The translations under genes were made by a program, and so were the position numbers. From Promethearchaeota archaeon (GTDB lineage: Archaea > Asgardarchaeota > Lokiarchaeia > Sigyniarchaeales > SOKP01): a DNA stretch of 64,000 bases. The notes under the pieces were generated by a model. That model did not search any database. It saw only the letters and a list, made by a program, of their open reading frames with translations, and was not told the origin of the DNA. The DNA lies in assembly GCA_011364925.1 (NCBI GenBank), contig RDOA01000001.1:93997-157996 (forward strand). Direction: 5' to 3'. Below, piece after piece: positions 50,024 to 60,179 of the stretch (position 1 is the first letter of the stretch; every line of letters begins with the position of its first letter).

Positions 50024-51658
50024 TTAAAATATTGAATCTTCTCTATATTCTCCAAATACTTCTTTTAAGGCAGCCATCACTTCACCAATTGATGCGTATT
50101 CTCTTATAGCATCCATAATATATGGCATTAAGTTTTCAGTGCCATTAGCAGCTCGTTTCAAGTTTTCCAGTTTTTCTTGAACTAGAGTGTTATTTCTTTG
50201 AGTCTTTACCGAATGTAAAAGCTCAACTTGTTCTTTAGTAACCTTCTCGTCAATTTTAAGTAAAGGAGTAGCGCACGGTTCTCTTAGTTGAAAATCGTTT
50301 ACACCAACAATAATGCGATCCTTGTTCTCAATTTCTCTTTGATACTTATAGGATGCGTTTGCGATTTCTTTTTGAAAAAAGTTAGCTTTTATAGAAGGGA
50401 TCACTCCTCCTAGTGCTTCTATCTTATCGAAGTATGCTTCAGCTTCTTCCTCCATTTTATTTGTAAGCCACTCAACATAATACGATCCTGCAAGAGGATC
50501 CACAGTATCAGCAACACCCGATTCTTGTGCGATAATTTGTTGCGTTCGCACCGCGATTTTAGCTGCTTTTTCGGTTGGTAAGCATAACGCTTCATCGAAA
50601 GAGTTAGTATGGAGTGATTGAGTTCCTCCTAATACAGCAGCTAAACCTTGTAATGTAACCCTAGCAATATTGTTTTCTGGTTCTTGTGCAGTTAACGATA
50701 CTCCGGCAGTTTGCGTGTGAAAGCGTAACCTCATCGATTCTTTCTTCTTTGCTCCATATTTATTTTTCATCCGCTTAGCCCATATGCGACGAGCTGCCCT
50801 ATATTTACAAATTTCTTCAAAGAAATTATTGTGAGAATTAAAAAAGAAAGAAAGTCTTGGAGCGAAATCATCTACATTTAAACCCCGCTCCATTGCGGCT
50901 TCCACGTAGGCAAAACCATCGGCTAACGTAAAAGCGAGTTCTTGAACTGCTGTAGAACCAGCTTCTCGGATGTGATAACCTGAAATCGAAATGGTGTACC
51001 ATTGCGGAACATATTTGGTACAATATTCGATTGTGTCAATTATTAATCGCATAGACGGTTCAGGTGGAAAAATCCAAGATTTCTGCGCTATATATTCCTT
51101 GAGGATATCATTCTGAATCGTTCCTCTTAATTGATCCGCGGAATGTCCTTGCTTCTCAGCTGTTACTACATACATGGCCAATAATATAGATGCGGGAGCG
51201 TTTATCGTCATTGATGTTGAGATTTTTGATAGATCGATACCGTTAAATAGTGTTTCCATGTCTTTTAAAGTATCAATTGAGACTCCCTCTTTGCCAACTT
51301 CGCCTAAAGACTTTTCATCGTCAGCTTCGTAACCATAAATTGTGTGTAAACTAAACGCTACACTTAAGCCCGTTGTTCCATGCTCCATTAAAAATTTATA
51401 CCTCTGATTAGTCTGTTCAGCAGTTCCGAAGCCTGCAAATTGTCTCATTGTCCACAATCGACCGCGATACATGTTTGGATAAGCACCCCGGGTGAAGGGG
51501 TATTTACCAGGTTCGCCTAGATCCATAGTATAGTTAAAATCTTTTATGTCTTCGGGAGTATATAACCTTTTGATTTCAATATTGGATAAATTTGTAAATT
51601 CTTTTTTCCTTTCTCCTTTAGAGGGTCTTAATGTTTTACTTTCATCAATTTCAGTCAT
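50024..51658 (-). CDS. Acyl-CoA mutase large subunit (methylmalonyl-CoA mutase family; isobutyryl-CoA-mutase-like specificity residues)
   Basis: PG.YPFTRG, WTMRQFAGF, GTIQNDILKEYIAQ, SISGYHIREAG, FHTQTAG, SLHTNSFDEA. Confidence 0.93.
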   Translation of the reverse strand: MTEIDESKTLRPSKGERKKEFTNLSNIEIKRLYTPEDIKDFNYTMDLGEPGKYPFTRGAYPNMYRGRLWTMRQFAGFGTAEQTNQRYKFLMEHGTTGLSVAFSLHTIYGYEADDEKSLGEVGKEGVSIDTLKDMETLFNGIDLSKISTSMTINAPASILLAMYVVTAEKQGHSADQLRGTIQNDILKEYIAQKSWIFPPEPSMRLIIDTIEYCTKYVPQWYTISISGYHIREAGSTAVQELAFTLADGFAYVEAAMERGLNVDDFAPRLSFFFNSHNNFFEEICKYRAARRIWAKRMKNKYGAKKKESMRLRFHTQTAGVSLTAQEPENNIARVTLQGLAAVLGGTQSLHTNSFDEALCLPTEKAAKIAVRTQQIIAQESGVADTVDPLAGSYYVEWLTNKMEEEAEAYFDKIEALGGVIPSIKANFFQKEIANASYKYQREIENKDRIIVGVNDFQLREPCATPLLKIDEKVTKEQVELLHSVKTQRNNTLVQEKLENLKRAANGTENLMPYIMDAIREYASIGEVMAALKEVFGEYREDSIF

Positions 51659-51934
51659 ACATAATACACCAAATAATGGGAATAAAATGCCACTTTACTC
51701 TATTATCTTGCTTTCCTTACTTCTTGATAAGGAATTAGAATTATTAATTTTTACTTTAATATGTAAAATTGTTTATTTTTTTTTAAAACTGGTCATTGAA
51801 TTCGATAGTATAAACTACATTTATCGAAAGCGTTTGAAGATTCGAGCTAAAATAATATCATCACAATTTTGTATTAAAACTTAAAAAGTTTTTATAAAGA
51901 GTGTGAGTTATAAATAATATCTAAAAGGTGAAAG

Positions 51935-53395
51935 ATTGTTAAAATAGCTTTAGTAAATCCCGGACCCGGAGAAATTTTAGAGAAGGGCCGAATTGTAGCT
52001 AACGCAGATCATATATATCCTCCTTTAGGAATTTGTTATTTAAGTTCCATTTTAAAAAAGGAGAATTATCATGTTGATATAGTAGATCAAGCTGGGAAAG
52101 GATTCAATTTAAACCAAATAGTTAATTGGATTAAAAAGAAGGATCCAGATATCTTAGGATTCTCAACTTTAACTGCTTCAGGATCAGGAATTAGTGCAGC
52201 CTTAACCGCTATCGAGGTAAAGAAATGGAATCCTAACATTAAAATTGTGTTTGGTAATCGTCACGTAAACCATAACGATCTTAGAGTGTTAAATAAATAT
52301 CCCGAAGTTGATCTATGTGTAAGGGGTGAAGGAGAACATACTTTTATGGAGTTAGTGAAAGCTTTAGAAAAAAATTCACCATTAGAAAATATAAAAGGTT
52401 TAACCTACCGAGATAATGGGAGAATAAAGCGAAACGACGATCGCCCATTAATTAAGGATCTTGACAGCATACCGTTTCCAGACAGAAAAGCTTTAAATTT
52501 AGAATACACAGGGAGCTTTGGTGGTTTAGAGTTTGCTCCTAAGGGATTTACTTCAATGATTTCTTCTCGAGGGTGTCCTTACCACTGTACCTTTTGCTGG
52601 GGAATTCGAAGCGTTGGCTTCAGAACGCGATCAGTAGAGAACATATTGGAGGAAATTTTATTATTAGAAAGCGAAGGATATCAATACGTAAATTTTGTTG
52701 ACGATAACTTTACTGTTTCGAAAAAAAGAGTGATAAACCTCTGTAATTTAATGCGAAAAAATAAGGTAGACATTGATTGGATTTGCGAAGGAAGAGTTAA
52801 TCAAGTATCTAACGAAATGCTCCATGAAATGCAGAGATCAAATTGTAGAATTATGTTTTATGGAATAGAAAGTGCGAATCAGAGAATTCTCGATTATTAT
52901 AAAAAGAATATAACACCGTATCAATCAATTCTCGCGGTGAAAAAAACTAGGAGAGCAAAAATTCCATTTATATTAGGTTCTTTTATTGTTGGTGCTCCCG
53001 GTGAAACATTTTTAGAGATATATAATACTTTAAAGTTCGCTCAAAAACTTGAAATCGACTTTCCAGTTTTTAATCTTCTTGGAACAATGCCTGGAACCGA
53101 TATTTGGGACGAGATGGTTGCAAAGAATATTCTTGATGTAGATAAATATTGGGAGGAAGGAGTTCATATCCCAGATATAGATCCTGATGGAGTTCCCACA
53201 GATAAAATCTCAAATTTAATTTTAGTAATGCTAAAACAGTTTTTTATGAACCCAAAGTACATACTAAAAGCGTTATATAGAAGCGTTACGAGTTATTACA
53301 AAATTATGACGGTATTTAATATCCTAATCCAGAACACGAAGAATTTTGAAGAGTTCCATGGGTTAAGATCGTTTTGGAACCCAGAAAATGTTTAA
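51935..53395 (+). CDS. B12-binding radical SAM protein (class B-like), copy 1
   Basis: SRGCPYHCTFC, VDDNF, GIESA. The frame is open upstream of the track start (52247) to the stop at 51929 and encodes the B12 domain (KIALVNP...YPPLGICYL...DPDILGFST). The start is non-canonical or frameshifted. Confidence 0.85.
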   Translation: MVKIALVNPGPGEILEKGRIVANADHIYPPLGICYLSSILKKENYHVDIVDQAGKGFNLNQIVNWIKKKDPDILGFSTLTASGSGISAALTAIEVKKWNPNIKIVFGNRHVNHNDLRVLNKYPEVDLCVRGEGEHTFMELVKALEKNSPLENIKGLTYRDNGRIKRNDDRPLIKDLDSIPFPDRKALNLEYTGSFGGLEFAPKGFTSMISSRGCPYHCTFCWGIRSVGFRTRSVENILEEILLLESEGYQYVNFVDDNFTVSKKRVINLCNLMRKNKVDIDWICEGRVNQVSNEMLHEMQRSNCRIMFYGIESANQRILDYYKKNITPYQSILAVKKTRRAKIPFILGSFIVGAPGETFLEIYNTLKFAQKLEIDFPVFNLLGTMPGTDIWDEMVAKNILDVDKYWEEGVHIPDIDPDGVPTDKISNLILVMLKQFFMNPKYILKALYRSVTSYYKIMTVFNILIQNTKNFEEFHGLRSFWNPENV

Positions 53396-53425
53396 AAGTA
53401 TAGATTTTTAATCTAATTAAAATTA

Positions 53426-54889
53426 TTATCCCCAAAAGGGCTTCCAATTATCCCAGACGTTCCAATTTTCGATATTCTTTATATTTTGTAAAATTGCTCT
53501 AAGGCGATACCTACTTATTAGAGTTTTATAAATTTGTCTTGTTATAAAACTTGGGCGCTGCATAAATTTTACATGCGTTTGTCTAATTCGTTCCATCAGT
53601 TCGCTTAATGGAATGGGAAGTACAGCCGTACCAACCTCCCAGCATTCATCAGGATTAATCCTTTTTTCTTCTACCATCTTATCCCAAATCCAGTTTCCTG
53701 GGATTATCCCTAAAATATGAAATTGAGGAAAATCTATCCCTAATTTCATAGAAAAGTTTAGAGTTTCAATAATCTCTTCGCGAGTTTCAATTGGTGCTCC
53801 TATAATAAAATTTGCGATAATCATATCGATCCCCACTTTCCTTGCATTTTTTACAGCATCCCAAATCTGATTTAAAGTAATTCTTTTATTGTACCAATCT
53901 AAAAGCCTTTGAGAAGCGCTTTCAACGCCGTAACTAATAATTTTACAGCCCATTTGTTTCATAGCATTCAAAAGTTCTACAGAGCTTTGAGTAACTCTCC
54001 CTTCAGCCATCCAATAAAAATCTAACTTTTCTTTTCTTATTAATTTAGACAACTCTAGAAGTCGCTTTTTGCTTATTGTGAAGTTATCATCAACCCAGAG
54101 TAAATTCTTAAAACCCTGTTCTTCAAGAAGAGATAATTCTTCTACTATATTTACAGGGGATCTCGGGCGCCATTTTCCCCAGAACATAGAACTAGAACAG
54201 AAAGAACACTGAAAAGCACAACCTCTTGATGATGCTGCTGAAGTAAACTTGCCTACCGACACTTCTAGGCCCTCTACTACATTTTTATATTCAATATTTC
54301 CTAACAATTTCCTATTTGGGAATGGAAGCGCATCAATATCTTTTATTAATGGTCTATCGTCATTTCTAACGATTCTATTATTGTCACGATAGGTCAGTCC
54401 TCTAATATCTCCAAAGCCCTTAACCTTTTCTACCCTTTCGGCAACTTCTAAAAGGGTTTCTTCCCCCTCTCCTCTTACACAAGCGTCGATAAAGGGGTAT
54501 TTGTTTAAAATTCTGGTATCGTTAAACGTTGCGTGATAGTTCCCAAATAGTATTTTTATATTTGGATTTATTTCTTCTTTTACTCTTCTACTAATCTCTG
54601 CAGCAGTAATACCTGTCCCGGCTGTAGTGATTGTCGAAAACCCAAGAATGTCTGGATCTTCCCGCTTTATCCACTCAAGCGTTCTTTCAGTCGAGAATCC
54701 CGTTGCGAATTGATCAAGCAACGATACATCAAAATTATTTTCGCTAAGATAAGTTCCAAGATATAAAATTCCCATCGGTGGAAATCCATAAAATTCTATT
54801 TTCTCTTCATTATACTTCTCAGCTCCTTCAACAGTACCGCAAAATGTTCCTTGTTCTGGTGGTTTTGGAAAAATTAATGATACCTTCAA
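53426..54889 (-). CDS. B12-binding radical SAM protein, copy 2
   Basis: PPMGILYL, DPDILGFST, VRGEGE, SRGCAFQCSFC, VDDNF, GVESA. Confidence 0.92.
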   Translation of the reverse strand: MKVSLIFPKPPEQGTFCGTVEGAEKYNEEKIEFYGFPPMGILYLGTYLSENNFDVSLLDQFATGFSTERTLEWIKREDPDILGFSTITTAGTGITAAEISRRVKEEINPNIKILFGNYHATFNDTRILNKYPFIDACVRGEGEETLLEVAERVEKVKGFGDIRGLTYRDNNRIVRNDDRPLIKDIDALPFPNRKLLGNIEYKNVVEGLEVSVGKFTSAASSRGCAFQCSFCSSSMFWGKWRPRSPVNIVEELSLLEEQGFKNLLWVDDNFTISKKRLLELSKLIRKEKLDFYWMAEGRVTQSSVELLNAMKQMGCKIISYGVESASQRLLDWYNKRITLNQIWDAVKNARKVGIDMIIANFIIGAPIETREEIIETLNFSMKLGIDFPQFHILGIIPGNWIWDKMVEEKRINPDECWEVGTAVLPIPLSELMERIRQTHVKFMQRPSFITRQIYKTLISRYRLRAILQNIKNIENWNVWDNWKPFWG

Positions 54890-55045
54890 AAAGATCAATC
54901 CTAATTTCAATTGATAAAAATATCTATTAAAGATGGTAATATATCTTTTAAATTAAAATCATAGTATTTCAGCACTTTTAAATGTTGACAAGGCTGAAAA
55001 ATAAATCTTTTAACTAAATTAACTTTTGATATATTTACTAATAAC

Positions 55046-56530
55046 ATGAAATTAATAAATAAAAAAATCAAAAAAGTAGTCTTAGTAAATCCAAATTTTA
55101 TTACTAAGAGTATCACTGATAAATTTACAATTCCTGCATTAGGGTTAGAATCCATCGCTGCGAACATTTTAGACCTCGTGGAAGTGAAGATCGTTAATGC
55201 GAAAGTTAGAAATTTAACAGCTGTGGAAATAATGGATGAGATTAATGAATTTCAACCAGATATTGTAGGAATTTCGTGTTGTTTCACAATAGGTATAAAT
55301 TTCTCTTTGGGAATTGCAAAGGAATCAAAACGGCTAGGTTTTGCAACTGTATTAGGAGGATGGCATCCGAATTTTGAATATTCTAAAGTCCTTAAGCATC
55401 CGTTTGTAGATTTAATTGTCCGTGGAGAAGGAGAAATAACTTTCCGAGAAATAATAAAAAATAAAGATTTAGAAGATATTAAAGGTATCTCATATAAAGA
55501 CAACGGGAGCATAATTAACAACGAAGATCGTCCTTTAATCAAAGATTTAGATAAACTACCGATTCCCACTAGAAAATTAAGAAATAAAGATTCGTATCAC
55601 CAGATTTTTCAAATGCCTATAGATGCAATAGAAACCTCAAGGGGTTGTCCGTTTAAATGTACCTTCTGTAATATACATCAATTTTATCGAGGAACTTATA
55701 GGACAAAAAGCATTGAACGGGTGATTCAAGAGTTAAAAATAATAGTAAGTCAAAATAAAAGTCAAAATGTCCTAATAGTTGACGATAATTTTACAGCAAA
55801 TATAAAGCGAGTAGATAAGATATGCGATAGGTTAATTGAAGAGGGCATAAAATTAGATCTTACTTGCCAGAGCAGAATCGATGTTATCAAAAATAACCCA
55901 GATGTAATAAAAAAGATGGCAAAAGCAGGGTTTTGGCTATTCTTTCTTGGAATCGAAACTTTTAGTCAAAAATCGTTAGATAACATTGATAAAAAAGTAA
56001 CTTTCAGAGATATTGCAAAGGCAATAAAAATTCTTCATGAGAATAATATATTGATAATTGGAAGCATGTTAATTGGTTCAAAGTACGACGAGGAGGAGCA
56101 AGACACGGATTTAATGATAAAAATAGTAAGAAAATTAGGAATAGACTTCCCACTTTATTCTATAATGACACCATTGCCTGGAACAAAATTTAGAAACGAA
56201 GTAATCGAGAAAAACTACCTAGTTTCTCATAATTGGAGTGATTATAATTTTACTACTGCCGTGAATCGGCTTGATAAATTATCAAAGGCAAAATTGGAAC
56301 AACTTTTATCCAAAGCATATTACTATGGATATTTTAAAAGAGGGTGGAAGAATACTATTTTTAAACTCCTTAAGAGGAAAGGAATTCATTTTCTTTTGTA
56401 TTCTAAAAAAAATTTTCGAATTATAAAGGACTTGTTTGGCTTTTTACTAGATATAAGAGGAATGAAATTCATGATGGACTCAACCGTTAAATCGAAAAGT
56501 TCCTCTACTATTAAAACATTTCAAAAGTAG
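55046..56530 (+). CDS. B12-binding radical SAM protein, copy 3
   Basis: VLVNP, PALGL, PDIVGIS, GGWHP, RGEGE, ETSRGCPFKCTFC, TPLPGT. Confidence 0.92.
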   Translation: MKLINKKIKKVVLVNPNFITKSITDKFTIPALGLESIAANILDLVEVKIVNAKVRNLTAVEIMDEINEFQPDIVGISCCFTIGINFSLGIAKESKRLGFATVLGGWHPNFEYSKVLKHPFVDLIVRGEGEITFREIIKNKDLEDIKGISYKDNGSIINNEDRPLIKDLDKLPIPTRKLRNKDSYHQIFQMPIDAIETSRGCPFKCTFCNIHQFYRGTYRTKSIERVIQELKIIVSQNKSQNVLIVDDNFTANIKRVDKICDRLIEEGIKLDLTCQSRIDVIKNNPDVIKKMAKAGFWLFFLGIETFSQKSLDNIDKKVTFRDIAKAIKILHENNILIIGSMLIGSKYDEEEQDTDLMIKIVRKLGIDFPLYSIMTPLPGTKFRNEVIEKNYLVSHNWSDYNFTTAVNRLDKLSKAKLEQLLSKAYYYGYFKRGWKNTIFKLLKRKGIHFLLYSKKNFRIIKDLFGFLLDIRGMKFMMDSTVKSKSSSTIKTFQK

Positions 56531-56539
56531 TTTAGATGG

Positions 56540-57301
56540 TTAAATCCATCTTTCAACTAATTCTTTTAATGTAAAGAAAACGAGATTTCTTGAAAGAGAT
56601 CTTGCTATAAAAGTCCTTAATCTGTTTAAAAATGTATCTCCTGTATTGAACCATCGATCAGGTCTAAAAAGAAGATTTTTATATTTGCTGAAGGGGTTTT
56701 TTTGCTCAGAAATAAGAGATTTCATGTCAATTGCCTCCCAAGGGTGAAAATATAATATGCTCAATTCCTTTTTATAGATTCGGTTAAAAAGCATACGGAG
56801 ATTTAAAGGTAGTCTAAAAAATGCATTGAAATTTGATGGCGGGACTTTCAGTATTTTAGAGTTATCATATTGATAATTTTTCGATTTTTTAGAAGGAGTT
56901 CCTGATGAATCGTATCTAAATCCTAATTCATCTAAAATCTCATATAGGAATAAAGGAGGTTTTAAATAAGGCGCTCTAAAGCCAACTATCTCCGACTTTT
57001 GACAAAGTTCTTCCAAAAGTCTTTTGTTCTGCTGGATTGATTTGAAACATGTATCGTAATCTAAGCGATTCAACCGCTCATGGCTTAAGCTGTGACAAGC
57101 TATTTCATGGTTCTGTTGTTCAATTAAAATTATATACTCAGGCAATTGTTCTACTATAGCTCCAGTACAGAAAAAAGTCCCCTTGATTTTGAATTCATCT
57201 AGTATATCTAATATTTTCTTTAATCCTATTTTTACTCCCAAATAGGAGTTGAATACACCTGGTATATCTCTTTCGATATCAAATGTCAGTACTATTTTCA
57301 T
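56540..57301 (-). CDS. Polysaccharide deacetylase family (CE4/NodB-like) protein
   Basis: LTFDIE, TFFCTG, HEIACHSLSH, GFRAPY, YDSS, YFHPWE. Confidence 0.9.
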   Translation of the reverse strand: MKIVLTFDIERDIPGVFNSYLGVKIGLKKILDILDEFKIKGTFFCTGAIVEQLPEYIILIEQQNHEIACHSLSHERLNRLDYDTCFKSIQQNKRLLEELCQKSEIVGFRAPYLKPPLFLYEILDELGFRYDSSGTPSKKSKNYQYDNSKILKVPPSNFNAFFRLPLNLRMLFNRIYKKELSILYFHPWEAIDMKSLISEQKNPFSKYKNLLFRPDRWFNTGDTFLNRLRTFIARSLSRNLVFFTLKELVERWI

Positions 57302-57465
57302 CAAACAAACTTAAATCTTTGGACACGATTATAGATTCTAGGGTACTAAACTTGATAAATCTATTTAAATACGGTCAAAAAATGAAAATTTTTATATAGT
57401 AATATTTGGTTATAAAGAATATTGACAAATTTAGATATAAAGAATATAAATTAAAGGGTGTTTAA

Positions 57466-57948
57466 ATGCCATTATTAGACGGTTGGGAAGTTTCCTCCGA
57501 TAGAATTGAAAAGTATGAAAAAATGTTAAGCTCAGATCCGGTCGGGGATCCTATTTTTACATCAAAATGCCGACTCGGTAAAGACCATGGTTTAATAGTC
57601 GGAAGTACCAATGGTTTTGCATGGAGAATACAAGCGGGAATGTCTACTTCTATGTATTCAATGGGAAAAAGTAAGTGGGTACGATGGTACGATTTAGATC
57701 GAGTTGACCAAAAAAAAGAAGGTGTCCTTATATTATATCTTAAAGTAAGAGAAAAAGACGGAAGTTTAAAAATAGACGGAAAAGGTAATCCAAAATTAAA
57801 AAAATGGATGCTAGTTTTAGAAAGAAATAAGGATGAGGATAAAGGTCATTTTGCTCAAAGAAGAGCTGCATTCCACAGTGTCATGTCAGATGTTTTCAAC
57901 CAGAATAAGGGAGATTCAACTCCTGCAACAAGTGATTCAAGAATTTAA
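57466..57948 (+). CDS. Hypothetical protein (possible PH-like fold)
   Basis: Clear ORF with a GGGTG SD; beta-rich G.IV.S..GFAW...VRW.D...V, ending in a helix. Confidence 0.6.
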   Translation: MPLLDGWEVSSDRIEKYEKMLSSDPVGDPIFTSKCRLGKDHGLIVGSTNGFAWRIQAGMSTSMYSMGKSKWVRWYDLDRVDQKKEGVLILYLKVREKDGSLKIDGKGNPKLKKWMLVLERNKDEDKGHFAQRRAAFHSVMSDVFNQNKGDSTPATSDSRI

Positions 57949-58055
57949 GTAAATCTTCCTATATTTTAATAATTTATTTTTTTTTTCTAATATTATTAGT
58001 TAACAAACCTCTTATAGGATAATAAAAAGAAATAGTAATAAAAAATAAAAATAGC

Positions 58056-58553
58056 TTAATTCAATTTTGAGCCACATTCACCACAAAAATTACCTGCTTC
58101 AGTTAAGGGAGCTCCACAATTTGGGCAAAATTTATTTTCCTCACTTGGTATAGCTTCTACTTCTGGAAGTCCTGCTTCTACTTCTGGTTGAGAAGGTTGT
58201 GGCTTTACGACTCCTTGGTCAGCTATTTCATTATAGATTGTACTCCAAATTTTTTTAGTTGTGAGCGCTCCATGAGTTGGACATGATGTTTTAATTAAAG
58301 TCCAAGGTGTTGATACTCTCATATAACTTTGTGGAGCTTCTTGACCACATTTATAACACCTAAAAACTCCGTCCTTGATGAAATCAATATACTGATCTTT
58401 ATCCCTTGTATTAACTTTGAAGGCTCTTGCACCGTGAACGGGGCATCTTTGTTTCACGACCATTTTACTTCCCGCAACTTTCACAAGATAAATGCTACCT
58501 ACTGCTCCACATCTTGGACAACTAAACGCTTTTTTATAGTCGTATTCCACCAT
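58056..58553 (-). CDS. Multi-zinc-ribbon protein
   Basis: Two CxxCG...CPxHG units plus a C-terminal double zinc ribbon FCPNCG.....NFCGECG. Confidence 0.8.
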   Translation of the reverse strand: MVEYDYKKAFSCPRCGAVGSIYLVKVAGSKMVVKQRCPVHGARAFKVNTRDKDQYIDFIKDGVFRCYKCGQEAPQSYMRVSTPWTLIKTSCPTHGALTTKKIWSTIYNEIADQGVVKPQPSQPEVEAGLPEVEAIPSEENKFCPNCGAPLTEAGNFCGECGSKLN

Positions 58554-58645
58554 AATTTTTTCATCTTAAAATATAATCGTTACAAAAAAAGAGATAGACC
58601 AAATATAAAATCTTTTTGATATTGAAAAAATAAAATCGGTGAATT

Positions 58646-60103
58646 CTAATTTTCTTTTACTGATACAAGTTCATGTGTGAATGGATCGTATCCCGCAGAA
58701 TTTCTTCTACTCATTAGTTTATCGATTAAATCTCTAAAAATTTTGAAGTAAAAATTCTCAACACCAAAACCAAAAAACTCGTGATTCCACCTGAATTCTG
58801 CTAAAATCCTAATCAATTTGAGAATTGGTATATTCTTTAGTTCGAATACTTTCCTTCCGATTATTGCGCTCGTAAGTGAAATCGTTTCTAGTTGAGTTTT
58901 GTTCTTTAAGTAGTTTGAAGCGCGATCTCTTCTGATCTTTGACCAATCAAAAAGATTGGAGGGTGGTTTAAACCCTTTCTGCTGAGCTAAGTTGTAAATT
59001 CCAGTTCCAGGATAAGGAAAAAGTATTTTTATCGAGAATTCGCTTTCTGGATTAATTTTTTTAATTTTTTTTATTAAATGTATGGTTTTTTCTCTATCCG
59101 CTTTATTTTCACCTGGTATCCCGATCATCCAGCTATAATCAGCGCTTAGATCTGCATTTTTTGTAATCTTAGCGCTCTCTATTATATCGTTTGTAGTGAT
59201 ATTCTTGTTCAATAGATTTAATACTCGTTGGGAACCCGATTCCGCTCCAAAATACATTTGGGTGCAACCATGCTTTTTAGCATCTTGGGCTAGAGCAAAA
59301 TTTAGACGATTGACTCGTAATTCTGCCTTCCATTTGATGTCTCGTTCTTTAAAATAAGTAAAAAGGTCTTCAATCCGTTTTGAATTAGCAAAGAAGTAAT
59401 CGTCATAGAATGTAATCTTTTTAACGCCAAAATCCAAGCATCTATCCAATTCTTGAATGCACCTTTCTGCTGTCCACCCTCTCCAAACATTGTTGAATAA
59501 GGTATTGTAGCAAAACGCGCATCTAAAAGGGCACCCTCTGCTTGTAATGGCATTAAAACTTCCATTTAATATATATCGGTGAGGTTTTATTAGGGTCCAA
59601 GGTATGCTCAACTCATTTATTTCAAGATTTGTAAGTATCGCTGAATCAGGATTATGGATTATTTTTTTTTCTTTTTTATAAGAAAGACCGTTAATGTGAT
59701 TCAAATTTCTTCCGCTTACAAGTTCGTGATAAGTTTTTTCACCTTCACCGCGAATTACATAATCAATTAAGTTATTTTGAAGAGTTTGTGTTGGAAGAAT
59801 GGTTGCGTGAACACCACCCCAAACAATTTTAATGTTTTTAAATTCTTTCTTGATAAGCTCACAGATCTTAATTGCATATTGAATTTGCGGTCCTGTCATC
59901 ACTGATACACCGATAAATTCAGGTTCTTTATCGGAAATGGCGTTTAATACTTGAGATTCGTCATCAAACCGTAAATCAAAAAGTTCCACATCTACATTTC
60001 TTTTCAACAGATAATCTGCTATAAATAGAATAGAATAAGGAGGTGTGGGAATTTGTACCTTCGCGAATTCAAGTTGAGGATATATTAAAATCGATTTCGT
60101 CAT
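58646..60103 (-). CDS. B12-binding radical SAM protein, copy 4
   Basis: LIYP, PP..IL.IA.YL, IGVSVMTG.Q, VWGGVH, RGEGE, TSRGCPFRCAFC, GAESGS. Confidence 0.92.
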   Translation of the reverse strand: MTKSILIYPQLEFAKVQIPTPPYSILFIADYLLKRNVDVELFDLRFDDESQVLNAISDKEPEFIGVSVMTGPQIQYAIKICELIKKEFKNIKIVWGGVHATILPTQTLQNNLIDYVIRGEGEKTYHELVSGRNLNHINGLSYKKEKKIIHNPDSAILTNLEINELSIPWTLIKPHRYILNGSFNAITSRGCPFRCAFCYNTLFNNVWRGWTAERCIQELDRCLDFGVKKITFYDDYFFANSKRIEDLFTYFKERDIKWKAELRVNRLNFALAQDAKKHGCTQMYFGAESGSQRVLNLLNKNITTNDIIESAKITKNADLSADYSWMIGIPGENKADREKTIHLIKKIKKINPESEFSIKILFPYPGTGIYNLAQQKGFKPPSNLFDWSKIRRDRASNYLKNKTQLETISLTSAIIGRKVFELKNIPILKLIRILAEFRWNHEFFGFGVENFYFKIFRDLIDKLMSRRNSAGYDPFTHELVSVKEN

Positions 60104-60179
60104 AACTCCTTCAAAACTTATTTTTTAACTGGAAATTGTTAAGAAATTCCATATACTTAACAAAATATAAATCTCTTTA

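Noticed and set aside
51665-51720. GGGAA...GCCACT resembling part of a cobalamin riboswitch between B12 genes
   Set aside because: Only fragments match, there are no supporting helices or B12 box, and it is on the wrong strand for the mutase operon.
51546-51884. 112-aa plus-strand ORF
   Set aside because: It overlaps the mutase start antisense and runs through AT-rich promoter DNA with no recognisable motif.
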